In this document: positions 1 to 10,352 of the stretch, piece by piece
Layout of the letters: the number at the start of each line of letters is the position of its first letter
How positions within the stretch are numbered: position 1 is the stretch's first letter
DNA from: Raja brachyura
Taxonomy: Eukaryota
DNA: 64,000 bases
Assembly (NCBI GenBank): GCA_963514005.1
Contig: OY740790.1
Coordinates: forward strand, 5,270,001-5,334,000
Direction of reading: 5' to 3'
The notes under the pieces: generated by a model
Databases searched by the model: none
The model's input: only the letters and a program-made list of their open reading frames with translations
What the model was told of the DNA's origin: nothing
Translations under genes and position numbers: made by a program

Positions 1-194
1 GCAGGCCATTCGGCCCTTCGAGCCAGCACCACTATTCAATGTGATCATGGCTGATCATCCCCAATCAGTACCCCATTCCTGCCTTCTCCCCATATCCCCT
101 GACTCCGCTATTTTTAAGAGCCCGATCTAGCTCTCTCTTGAAAGCATCCGGAGAACCTGCCTCCACCGCCCTCTGAGGCAGACAATTCCACAGA
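1..194 (-). mobile_element. CR1 3' fragment (paralogs at 22351-22580 and 23809-24038)
   Basis: CR1 3'UTR; an (ACAATAG)n tail is present in the paralogs. Confidence 0.8.
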
Positions 195-199
195 CCAAT

Positions 200-1036
200 T
201 CAAGACGGTGATAACTGGAGAGCACTTTTCAAAAATCTACATAAAGACATCCCAATAAATAAAATAAACAAATTATTCTCATATCAAATAAAAACTCCAA
301 ACATTAGAAACAATATTTAAAGATTATCAAAATCCTCTTGATTTCCAAATTACTTTGGAAGAATTGACCATAAAAATAAAATCTCTCCATTCAAAGAAAG
401 CCTGTGGACCGGACAGCAATGAAATGAAAAGCTCAAGTACAGCACTCCGGTGATGTACGACATAGTGCATAGGCTGTTCAACATCTCACTACGTTCAGGT
501 TATTTCCCTGATATTTTGTGTCAAGGGTTTATTTCGCCCATTTATAAGAGTGGAAACAAATTAGACCCAAATAATTATCGTGGGAGCTGTGTCAATAGCT
601 GCCTAGGGAAGTTGTTCTGTAGTATCATAAATAACAGAATGCAGGATTTCCTTAACATATACAACATTCTCAGTAAAAATCAAATTGTCTTCCTCCCAAA
701 ACACCGTACCATTGACTAAATCTATGCGCTCCACACTCTCATTGAATAACATATACTCCAAGCAAAAAATGGTAAAATATTTACCTGGTTTATTGACTTT
801 GAGAAAGCATTTGACTCTATTTGGCACGAAGGGCTCTATTACAAACTTTTCTGTTGTGGTATAGGAGGAAAGGTATATGACCTTATCAAATCAATGTATG
901 TGAATAATAAATATGACGTTAAAATTGTGGAAAATGCACTGATCTCTTCGCCCAGAGAAGAGGCGTCCGGCAAGGCTGCAATCCGAGCCTGACACTGTTT
1001 AATGTATATATAAACGATTTCGCAGTAAAGTTGGAC
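200..1036 (+). mobile_element. Degenerate non-LTR retrotransposon RT fragment (paralog at 22585-23346)
   Basis: PIYKSGNKLDPNNYRG..SCLGKLF..NQIGF..FIDFEKAFDSIWH..RQGCNPS motifs, with stops. Confidence 0.8.
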
Positions 1037-1277
1037 NNNNNNNNNNNNNNNNNNNNNNNNNNNNNNNNNNNNNNNNNNNNNNNNNNNNNNNNNNNNNNNN
1101 NNNNNNNNNNNNNNNNNNNNNNNNNNNNNNNNNNNNNNNNNNNNNNNNNNNNNNNNNNNNNNNNNNNNNNNNNNNNNNNNNNNNNNNNNNNNNNNNNNNN
1201 NNNNNNNNNNNNNNNNNNNNNNNNNNNNNNNNNNNNNNNNNNNNNNNNNNNNNNNNNNNNNNNNNNNNNNNNNNNNN
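1037..1277. other. Assembly gap
   Basis: N run. Confidence 1.
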
Positions 1278-1627
1278 AGAATAGCAAGTTTAGCAATTCA
1301 ATATTAATTTCTTAGTGTCAGTTAATGTCAATTAGTGTATGTGTGCATGTTGGTCATTCACGTTATGTATGACATGCTGTTACGTGTAGTGCACCAAGAT
1401 GTGCCGTATTTCCTTCACCAAGGATGTTTATATATATAAACAGGCCTTTCCGAGTGACTGACAAAAACAGCATATGATTGCATTGAATTAGTACTTTTGA
1501 TATTGTTGACATGATTGCACTGAATTAGTACTTGGGAGAGTCACCTATTTTGCAGAATATTATCTTAATAAAAGCTTCTTTGCTGACTTTGTCTCAAACA
1601 GCGTTTGTGATCTTTTAATATCTCACA
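1278..1627 (+). mobile_element. ERV 5' LTR (5' end in gap, distinct U3)
   Basis: TATA-like run at 1431-1440, AATAAA at 1567-1572, ends TCTCACA. Positions 1535-1627 match the other LTRs. Confidence 0.8.
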
Positions 1628-1630
1628 ATT

Positions 1631-1650
1631 TGGGGGCTCAGTTCCGGTAT
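1631..1650 (+). promoter_or_regulatory. Primer-binding site, tRNA-Pro-like
   Basis: TGGGGGCTCAGTTCCGGTAT, 3 nt after the LTR, compared with canonical TGGGGGCTCGTCCGGGAT. Confidence 0.75.
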
Positions 1651-1929
1651 TTAATTACTCTGGGCACCTGACGGAGGTACACGGACGAAGAGAAGGTGCA
1701 CCCCGCTGAGTTCAGCGGTCTCAGACTCCTTGCTTACCGTCAGAAGGTTTGAGCGAGTGATGGCCGGACCAAACAGAGAACTCAGCAAAGAAGTGAAGGT
1801 GGTTGGAGATTGGTTGGAAATCGCGAAAACTGAGTAATTCTGTGCACAGATCCCGGTTAGAAACTTTGACTATTATAGTATAACCTGGGCGATTTGATAA
1901 AAGATCGGAGAGGAATTCCGATCAAGATA

Positions 1930-3961
1930 ATGGGAAATGTAAGTGAAAAACCCAAAAGGGAGGGAAAAGGCCTAAAGACAAATTCCCGCATTCTGCCTAA
2001 TAGTCCGTTGGGGCGAATGCTGAACCACTGGGGGGCAGGAAATACCCAGGGGTTGGAGAAGACAACAATGATAAGGTATTGTTATTTTGAATGGGCAAAA
2101 CACCCGATAAAAGGAGCTTAGGTCTGGTGACGAGAGGATGGGTCAGATGAGGATTGGGTACAACAGCCATTGAATGAATATGTGAAAAATAAACCCAATC
2201 CAATAATAGAAGAGATCAAGTATGCCACAGTATGGGAACAGGGATGTAATCTGTTGAAATTAAAATAGGAGTCTGGAGAGTTAAATTCCTTATCACCCTC
2301 ATGGAATTTACAGGAGAACCTAGCTCCTCCCTATGGACATCCATCACCCAACGTAGCGCCGCCAATTCGACCCCCGCCTCCACTCGTGGCGACGGGAGTG
2401 GAAGAAGTGACACCTGGATCCGTTTTGATGGTAAAAAGAAAGGTCAGGGTGAAACAAGAATTTAATGATGATGTTACTGACGGTGATGACACCGACAGTG
2501 ACCTACCGGACCCCAGGAGTGAGAAAGAAAAGGGAATAAAGAGACAGGAGGCTGTCGTGGGAGATGAATTAAAACCCCCGTCACCAGGAGAGGGTGTCAG
2601 GAGGTCAGACAGAGTAAGAAGAAGATCGGTAAAAATTAGACCTCTAAGAGAGGTACCCATGGGAGGACCCAAGGGGGAATGAGGCCAGTTCATTGGCTAT
2701 ATTTAAGAGGGAGTTAGATGTAGCCCTTCTGGCTGACGGGAGAGAAGGAGAGAAGGCAGGTACGGGATACTGAGTTGGATGATCAGCCATGATCATATTG
2801 AATGGCGGTGCAGGCTCGAAGGGCCGAATGGCCTACTCCTGCACCTAATTTCTATGTTTCTATGTTTCTATGTTAATGTCCCCTTAACTAGTACTGAAGT
2901 GAGGAATTTCAAAAAGGAAATGAGAAGCCTCCTAGGGGATCCTTTATATCTGGCAGAACAATTAGATCAGTTCCTTGGGCCAAACACTTACACATGGGAG
3001 GAGTTAATGGCCATTATGGGGAATCTCTTCACATCCGAGGAGAGGCAAATGATTAGGGTAGCAGCAATGAGAAAGTGGGAACAGGAGAACCCACCAGGGC
3101 AGCAAAATATTAGATCCAGTCTCCAGGGGATGGCCTGGATGCATACAAGCGGTAGCAGCTACCGCAATATTGGTAGAAGAGAGTGGAAAATTAACCTTTG
3201 GAGGAGCTCTGGTTGTTTCTACGCCACACACGGTGAGAACCATACTCACTCAAAAATCCAACAGATGGTTAACAGGCTCTAGACTTTTAAAGTATGAGGC
3301 CATCCTGATGGAAAAAGACGATTTGACTATAATTACAGATAAGAACCTTAACCCATCCCAATTCCTGTATCCAGCAGAGAAACAGGGTGACGAGGAAGAG
3401 GACCCAGTACACTGCTGTAGTACAATAATAGATTTACAGACAAAGAGTAGAGAAGACTAAGAAGAGCAACCTCTGGCTGAGGGCAGCCGGTGGTTTATAG
3501 ATGGATCCTCCAGGTGCACAGATGGAAAAAGACATAGTGGGTACGGTATAGTGAACGGGGAAACTATGGAGGAAATTGAAAATGGCAGACTAGCTGGTAG
3601 TTGGTCAGGTCAATCTTGTGAATTATATGCATTAATGAGAGCTTTGGAACTATTGGAGGGGAAGGAAGGAACAGTGTATACCGATTCAAAATACGCTTTT
3701 GGAGCAGTACACACCTTTGGGAAAATCTGGAAAGAGCGAGGAATGATAACCACTCGAGGGAAAGAATTAGCACATGAGCAAATAGTAGGCCAGACACTGG
3801 AAGCCTTGCAAAAACCAGAACGAATAGCCATAGCACATGTGGCAAGGCTTCAGAAGGGTAACACCCTAGAGGCCAGAGAAAATAGGGCAGTGGATGAGGT
3901 TGCAAAAAGAGCAGCCACAGAACAGATGGTAGAAATGAAGTCACTAATACCTTTAAGGGGA
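1930..3961 (+). pseudogene. Deleted ERV gag-pol (MA, CA start, RT connection, RNase H)
   Basis: MGNVSEK..SPLGRMLNHW..MIRYCYFEW; NVPLTSTEVRNFKKEM..QFLGPNTYTWEEL; deletion near 3110 to LDPVSRGWPGCIQAVAATAIL; RNase H motifs WFIDGSS..SGQSCELYAL..VYTDSKYAFG. Contains stops. Confidence 0.9.
2682..2872 (+). mobile_element. CR1/HER1 LINE 3' end inserted in gag
   Basis: CR1 3'UTR (gggccgaatggcctactcctgcacc) plus (TTTCTATG)n tail interrupting the gag frame. Confidence 0.85.
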
Positions 3962-4403
3962 TGTGAGATATAAAAAAATCACAAATGCTGTTTGAGACAA
4001 AGTCAGCAAAGAAGCTTTTATTAAGATAATATTCTGCAGAATAGGTGCCTCTCCTTTGCTGTCCCCTAGAGGCACACCAAGGGTCAGGATGTATTCTATC
4101 TTTATACATTTCATTACATTATAGCCACACCCTCTTTTCTCACCATTTTGCCTGTTTTTAATTATAACATAAAGCCCACATTCCCACGAGAAAGTCCAGG
4201 AACGCCTCGGAACATCTCCTGACGTCAAAGGCTTATACTGAAGGTTCTATCTATTTGCTACTTTCTATCTCAAAGTTCTCTCTATCTGTCGTGACTTTCT
4301 ATCCCACTAACAGTCTGGCTTTGTTGAAACCTTATTTATTTCTAAGCTATATTTTTCTATTCCTAGTTTAAATCAACCATGTCTGTTAACCCCTTTTCTC
4401 ACA
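3962..4403 (-). mobile_element. ERV LTR 1 (442 bp)
   Basis: TGTGAGA...TCTCACA 7-bp terminal inverted repeats, preceded on the minus strand by a degenerate PPT AAAAAGAAAATGATGGAT. Confidence 0.9.
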
Positions 4404-4439
4404 ATCCATCATTTTCTTTTTGCCACACAACTTTTTGAT

Positions 4440-6312
4440 TTACACTACATCCTCCTTTTCTAATGCTATCAACAGATTCTTCGCCTCCATATCCCCCTCT
4501 CGTTGGTCATAATGTGTTCTGAAAGCCATTATGGTGGCAGCGCTGTTCTTTGTCAGGGCTGTTTCTATCATTCGCTGGGCCAACCCCCGTACGCAGGGAA
4601 TGATACAGCATCCAAACAAACACAGTAACCCCACCATGACTACCACTGATGTTAGGGTTGATGTAAAGATGTGCTTCCATTTCCCAAACCAGGATTCTAG
4701 AAACCCAGTCCAGGAGGTGTCTACTCCAGAGTTCTCAGCCAATTCGATAGACAGAGAGGTGAGACCTGCTAGGGCTCTTGACACTGACCCATCCGGAGCA
4801 GTGTTGTTGGGGATGAATGTGCAACATTGTTCGCCAAACATTACATACACCCCTCCCTTCTCAGCCAGTAGCATGTCCAAGGCCATGCGATTTTGCCAGG
4901 TCATTTGGCTGGTAGCTGTCAGTTGTTCCGCTAATCCTTCAACTGCATCTCGAGTGTAATTTATAAAGCATTGTTGATTGTCGTAGAAGTAGTTGATCCA
5001 GTCCACATTTTTATTAATTGTGGGCCACCATAAGAGCATGGACTCAAAGCCTGCAGCTATCTGCTTTCTGGCTTTGAATTCATCGGGTACCCCTCTTGGC
5101 ACTCCTATCGCATCTATATAGATGTGTGTGTCAAATGATCCTTTCACCTTTCTCTTTTGTCGTCGGTTTCCTTCCTTGAGTTCTACAGCATGTTCTACTG
5201 CTATGGTAAAGGGCATCATCAGTTGTATGAGGGTACAGGTTCCCGTCCATGACCCTGGTAACCGGGGCCACAGGGTATTCTCCCCGCACCACCACCAGAC
5301 ATCAGCTCTACTGACTATCTGCTTTCTCAGCCAGGAGCTATTGAACAGTGGCCCCTGTTGAGCACCTTCCCCATGTCCTGTCCCTCTGGGTTATCTCTTG
5401 TATAGCACTCAAATCCCTCCTCCCCAAGAGGAATGGTAAATGGAGGAGGTCTAGGGTCTTCCCTTCGGCCCTTCGTATTATTGTTGCTGGTCGGAAATAG
5501 GTAATGATAACTCTGGCATATTGCATTCTTTGGTAAGGGGATTCATGAATAGCTGTAGTATACATGACATAGCCCCAGGTGTTCTATCCCAATTCAGAAA
5601 AAAATGGTACAGGGACCAGCTGAGGCCTGGCTCTGGCGCAGGCGTAACAATTGGTTTGTTGTATACTTCTAGCTGTGTACATCATCCAGGCTATCCAGGT
5701 GTTGGCTCCTGTTCCCCCTGTTGGTATTCCCTTCTCATATAACTGCCTTAATCACGTTTCTCCTGCTACTATCATTATCTTCAGATCCTTAGGCTCATTT
5801 TCCCTATTTACATTGCTGACTGCTGGTGGTGCTGGTGTTGCCCCGGGATCCCTATTCTGACTGTCATCTATCTTGACCACCTCTCCCTTCTCCTCATATC
5901 TTACCATCTCTCCATCCCACTTCACTTCTATCTCAAACTTCAGACATGCATCCTTCCTTGTTCTATCTGCACATATCCAATATCGACCACTTTCCTGCAT
6001 TTAAACACTCTGTGTGCTCACATATACGAGTCCTGGTAATTTCTCGTTTGGGTTTTGATACACTTTCCACCTATCAGTTTGATAGGTGGTCCGATGCCAC
6101 CCATATTTTGATGAAGTGAACACCGCGTGCCAATCTTTACAGGGATGGGTGCATACATACATTCTATAGCCGCACCACCATTTTCCTTTACATACATCAA
6201 ATGGGATGGTGGTGGACCTTCTATTCTGTGGTATTGTGATTTTTATGCATGTTACATTACTTACAAGCTGGGTGATTTCCCAACACACGACCCACCAACA
6301 TAAAATCTTCAT
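4440..6312 (-). pseudogene. env: ERV env, unit 1 (SU disrupted, TM frame open 4440-5219)
   Basis: Signal-like MKILCWWVVCW, NCYAC CxxC, RQKR furin site, ISD WQNRMALDMLLAEKGGV, Y-x6-CC (first Cys lost), hydrophobic anchor. Confidence 0.92.
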
Positions 6313-6646
6313 TTTTCCTGCGTGTTCCTGGTAAATATAAAAGTCAATGATTCCTCTCCTTTGCGCACAGTCCACGGGCTGATATTGTCTGGTGGGGCCT
6401 CCACAGGACCCTTGCGTGTGTCCATCTTTTCTCGTACTGCTCTCGTACTGTTCGTACTGCTGTCTCGGTGATTAGTAACACCAGGTTGCAGCTTTTCTTC
6501 TTTCCACGTTTTTTATTTATACGCAGTCTCCAGCCTTGACTGAGTGAATCGGGAAGTCCAGTGGTGGGCTCTGTGCCAGCAATCCTTTAATTTTTAGTTC
6601 TGCAAGAGATTGGGACACTGCCAGTAAATAGTTCCTTAAGAATACA

Positions 6647-7435
6647 TCACTGCCCTCGCATTGTTGGAACTCCTTCTATCTTCCCTAAGTATGGGAGCCC
6701 AAATAACATCTCATATGGTGATATCCCTATGTCTTTTCGAGGTGCCGTTCGGATTCTTAACAAGGCTATCGGGAGGCACTTAGTCCAGAGGAGTCTTGTT
6801 TCCTCTATCAACTTGGTGATTTGGGTCTTCAAGGTGCTATTCATTCTTTCCACCTTTCCTGAGGTCTGGGGATGCCATTGTGTATGCAATTTCCATTCTA
6901 TTCCCAGTGCTTCACATATCATTTTATGTGTTTTGGAGGCAAAATGGGTCCCTCTATCCGAGTCGATTGTTTCCATAATCCCATATCTAGGTATAATTTG
7001 TTCTAGTAATATCTTGGCTACCGCCTGTGAGGTGGCAGTTGTCGTGGGGAATGCCTCTACCCACCTGGTGAAATGGTCCACTATCACTAACAGGTAATTC
7101 CAGGTTTTTACCTGGGGCAGCTCGGTGAAATCTATCTGTATTCTCTGGAAGGGCCTAACTGATAATGGTTGTCCTCCTCCTGGGACTGCTCTCATGATTT
7201 TTTTGTTAATTCGCTGACCTATTACACAGCCCCCTATGACTTGTCCGGCCATGGTATACATTCCACGGCAAGAGTAGGTTCTGAGGAGGGTGTCACAGAG
7301 GGCTTGTGTTCCCCAATGGCTTTGTCCATGCAACCTCCCTAATAATTCTCTCATTATTTCTTTGTTCAATAGCTGCTTTCCATCCAGTGTCCACCATTTC
7401 CCATTTGAAGTATGCTGAGCCCCCATTTCTCGCAT
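6647..7435 (-). pseudogene. pol: ERV integrase fragment, unit 1
   Basis: QIDFT..IDSDRGTHF..KVERMN DDE core. HHCC degenerate (CVIG); stop before the C-terminal domain. Confidence 0.92.
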
Positions 7436-8521
7436 GTGTTCCTGCTCTTTCTCACTAAAGATAGGTATCTTTTCCTATTGTCCCCTTAAAGGTATTAGTG
7501 ACTTCATTTCTACCATCTGTTCTGTGGCTGCTCTTATCTTTTTAAAGCAGTCTCATCAATTTATCCCTTTGTTCCCCACTTTAATCCTTTCTGATATGCC
7601 TTCTTTCTCATTCTAAACTCAATTTCTTACTTCTCAGATAGTTTACCCTCCTTTGCAAATGTATTCACCTTTCTTTTAAAATCTTCCACTGACTCCTCCT
7701 GATTTATTACATTCACACCTGTCGTTTCCTCCTTCTGTTACCTCCTCACTGCCTCTCTCTCCTTTCCTCTCTAAACTGCTTAAGTATATCTAATTGCTTT
7801 CCTCTCCCCTTTTCCCACCTTTCCAATTTATCTGTGACATATAATTTGTAATTTTCCAAATTAACTTTACTGAAAATAAATCTATAGAAACATAAGCAAA
7901 ACCAAGCAACCTTCATTTTCCAACTTTCCCCTTTTAAGTTGCAATGCGTTGTTCGTTACCTTACAGCTGTTCGTAACTTTCCTAATTGCTTACAATTTCT
8001 TAAAGGAACACACGCACACACCCTTACAGCATGTGGCCGACAACAAACAAAAGATCACATATATGAACTTTCTCATTCATTCAAAACCGGTTTTTACACA
8101 CAAATCACATTCGTTCCATTCTTACTTCAAAGAAATTATGCAATTTTCTACACAGATTCAAGTTTCAAAATTAACATTTATATAATTCTTATCTCCCCTT
8201 TTAAGTTAAAGTAGGATGGTCTAATCCCCCATCAATCAGGTTCCTGAGCGTTGTGATTGGATAGTGATTCACATCGTGATTAGTCAGACTCACCGTCACT
8301 CAAATTCTAACCACACCCCACTAAGATCACAACCATTCAAAATCCTAGTCACTCAACATCTGACCACACCCCACTCCCATTAATCTCCAAACAAAGAAGC
8401 TCATTTTGTCTCGATCTCTCAGCAGAGAGAATGCAGCAATTTTATCTCCACAGTCAAGAAACGCAGTCCTTACACCTCCTCTGTCCTCGTAGTCACTATA
8501 TTACATTATTCTTATTGCAAT

Positions 8522-8900
8522 TCTACTTTCTGCTATTCTACAATATTTTGCATCAACTCCTCATGTACCTGACCAATCTGTATATGAGTTCCTTCTATAG
8601 ATTTTATGAAACAACTCACAACAACAATATTTCTTTCAAGTGCTTAAGATGAGCTTCTTCAATTTCCTGACATTTCTTTGAGGTTTCTGTCAATTTTTGT
8701 TCAAAATCTGTTTTTCCACATATAATTTATAGTTTTCTGTAGCTTTTTTTTAGATGTGACAGTTCCCTTTTCTATTTATTTCTGTGTTGCTCCTTCCTTT
8801 TTAACTTTTCGTACTCAAAACATTTGGCACTGTGATTTTCCTTAGATTTTTGCAATGTTTGAGTGATACTCTGAATATTCTGTACAGCATCCAAAGTGCC
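8522..8900 (-). pseudogene. Captured FCHO2-like F-BAR domain fragment inside ERV unit 1
   Basis: Manual translation across frameshifts: [90 protein letters not shown]/..[18 protein letters not shown], colinear with the recalled vertebrate FCHO2 F-BAR C-terminal half. Confidence 0.88.
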
Positions 8901-9101
8901 CAATCCGCATTATTGGTTCCTTTGGTTAATCAAAATAACAGAACTTAATCATAGTCTCTTTATCTTTACCCCCGGGGCTTCCTTCTCCCCAAGATTGCCA
9001 CATTCGCCCCAATGGACTATCAGGCAGAATGTGCGGCTCTTCACCTTTGAGCCTTTTTCTTTCCCCCCCGGACTCTTACTTTTCCCGTTCCGGTTATCCA
9101 T
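8901..9101 (-). pseudogene. Second, divergent Gag matrix-like N-terminus, unit 1
   Basis: MDNRNGKSK../PHILPDSPLGRMWQSWGEGSPGGKDKETMIKFCYFD*PKEPI, paralogous to RILPNSPLGRMLNHW..KTTMIRYCYFEWAKHPI. Confidence 0.8.
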
Positions 9102-9254
9102 TGTCTTATCGGACTATTCCCGTCCGACAGAACCCTGACCTCTCAGGGTGGTATCCACAAGGAGTTAAACTGCCTCCATTGTCTTATCGGACTATTCCCG
9201 TCCAACAGACCCCTGACCTCTCAGGGTGGTATCCACGAGGAGTTAAACTGCCTC
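9097..9254. repeat. 78-bp tandem duplication containing hairpins (leader-like)
   Basis: Unit starts tccattgtcttatcggac at 9097 and 9175. Contains ccctga-cctc-tcaggg and tcgga-N9-tccga stems. Confidence 0.85.
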
Positions 9255-9274
9255 TCTCTCCTTTAATAATTATT

Positions 9275-9561
9275 TCCCGCTTCCCATACTGCGGCATACT
9301 TGATCTCTTCTATTATTGGATTGGGTTTATTCTTCACATTTTCATTCAATGCCTGTTGTACCCAATCCTCATCTGACTCATCCTCTGGCCACCAGACCGA
9401 AGCTCCTTTATCAGGTGTTTTGGCCATTCAAAATAACAATACCTTATCATTGTTGTCTTCTCCGACCCCTGGGTATTTCCTGCCCCCCAGTGGTTCAGCA
9501 TTCGCCCCCAACGGACTATTAGGCAGAATGCTGGGATGGGTTTTTCACTTACATTTCCCAT
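9275..9561 (-). pseudogene. gag: ERV gag matrix fragment, unit 1
   Basis: MGNVSEK..GRMLNHWGAGNTQGSEKTTMIRYCYFEWPK..EDESDEDWVQQALNE, frameshifted. Confidence 0.85.
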
Positions 9562-9840
9562 TATCTTGATCGGAATTCCTCTCCGATCTTTTATCAAATC
9601 GCCCAGGTAATACTATAATAGTCAAAGTTTCTTACCGGGGTCTGTGCACAGAATTACTCGATTTTCGCGATTTCCAACCAATCTCCAACCACCTTCACTT
9701 CTTTGCTGAGTCTCTGTTTGGTCCGGCCATCACTCGCTCAAACCTTCTGACGGTAAGCAAGGAGTCTGAGACCGCTGAACTCAGCGGGGTGCACCTTCTC
9801 TTCGTCCGTGTACCCCCGTCAGCTGGCCTGGAGTAATTAA

Positions 9841-9860
9841 ATCCCGGAACCGAGCCCCCA
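9841..9860 (-). promoter_or_regulatory. PBS, tRNA-Pro-like (also at 15795-15814 and 21749-21768)
   Basis: TGGGGGCTCGGTTCCGGGAT immediately after the LTR. Confidence 0.8.
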
Positions 9861-9863
9861 AAT

Positions 9864-10352
9864 TGTGAGATATAAACAAATCTCAAACGCTGTTTGAGAC
9901 AAAGTCAGCAAAGAAGCTTTTATTAAGATAATATTCTGCAGAATAGTTGCCTCTCCTTTGCTGCCCCCTAGAGGCACCCCGAGGGTCGGGATGTATTCTA
10001 TCTTTATACATTTCATTACATTATAGCCACACCCTCTTTTCTCACCATTTTGCCTCTATTTAATTATAACATAAAGCCCACATTCCCACGAGAAAGTCCA
10101 GGAACGCCTCGGAACATCTCTTGACGTCAAAGGCTTATACTGAAGTTTCTATCTATTTGCTACTTTTTATCTCAAAGTTCTCTCTGTGCTCTGTTCTATC
10201 TGTCGTTACTTTCTATCTCAAAGTTCTCTCTATCTGTCGTGACTTTCTATCCCACTAACAGTCTGGCTTTGTTGAAACCTTATTTCTTTCTAAGCTACAT
10301 TTTTTCTATTCCTAGTTTAAATCAACCATGTCTGTTAACCCCTTTTCTCACA
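9864..10352 (-). mobile_element. ERV LTR 2 (489 bp), shared between units 1 and 2
   Basis: TGTGAGA..TCTCACA, with a PBS on one side and PPT/env on the other. Confidence 0.9.

Noticed and set aside
8522-8900. Genuine host FCHO2 gene exon
   Set aside because: It is intronless, frameshifted, lacks flanking exons, and lies inside a provirus, repeated with each unit.
9097-9254. CRISPR-like repeat
   Set aside because: Two adjacent 78-bp copies with no spacers, in a vertebrate ERV.
7939-9569. Plus-strand ORFs repeated three times (e.g. MQCVVRYL, MQQFYLHS, MCGSSPLS)
   Set aside because: Antisense by-products of purine-rich proviral sequence; they recur only because of the tandem duplication.
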